This document shows positions 63,882 to 64,000 of a stretch of DNA of 64,000 nt, in pieces. Every line of letters starts with the position of its first letter. The stretch's first letter is position 1. The DNA lies in assembly GCF_028368995.1 (NCBI RefSeq), contig NZ_JAQNDL010000001.1, positions 1,408,001 through 1,472,000 of the forward strand, in the 5' to 3' direction. Both the position numbers and the translations under genes were made by a program. Under the pieces are notes generated by a model that saw only the letters and a program-made list of their open reading frames with translations, was not told the origin of the DNA and did not search any database. The DNA is from Nannocystis bainbridge (GTDB lineage: Bacteria; Myxococcota_A; Polyangia; Nannocystales; Nannocystaceae).

Positions 63882-64000
63882 AGGACATCCCGACCCGCGC
63901 TGCGTAGCGCGCGTCGCCACATTCGTCGTGGCTCGGACAGATCCCGCGGCATTGCGTGGGTGCACGCAGGCGACATCATCGCGAGCCTCGCTCTCGAAAC

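Overview
Very GC-rich chromosomal segment. Gene style suggests a myxobacterium, probably Nannocystis-like (inference): many Thr-rich/Cys-rich lipoproteins, eukaryote-type Ser/Thr kinases, DUF4215 and TSP3 repeats, an MbnP/MbnH pair. About 45 credible CDSs; most long ORFs in the supplied track are shadow ORFs. No rRNA, CRISPR array, integrase or IS was seen. Two signals are not explained by ordinary annotation. (1) At 22262-22713 a sigma70-like promoter is followed by an unannotated 31-codon leader ORF enriched in Asn and Glu codons and overlapped by alternative hairpins, then three non-canonical tRNA genes: Glu(CUC), Glu(UUC) and Asn(GUU). This looks like a spare-tRNA operon under ribosome-mediated (attenuation-like) control. 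(2) A 14-bp palindrome TGTCY-N4-RGACA occurs at least 28 times as a perfect match, forms phased head-to-tail arrays of up to 6 units in many intergenic regions, and also sits inside coding sequences. Other points: a eukaryote-like peroxisomal beta-oxidation operon (MFE-2 with three SCP2 domains, SCPx-type thiolase, thioesterase), a CYP51-like P450, a low-GC orphan AIPR gene, a kinase/pseudokinase pair, tandem NADARs, and a probable internally deleted pseudogene.
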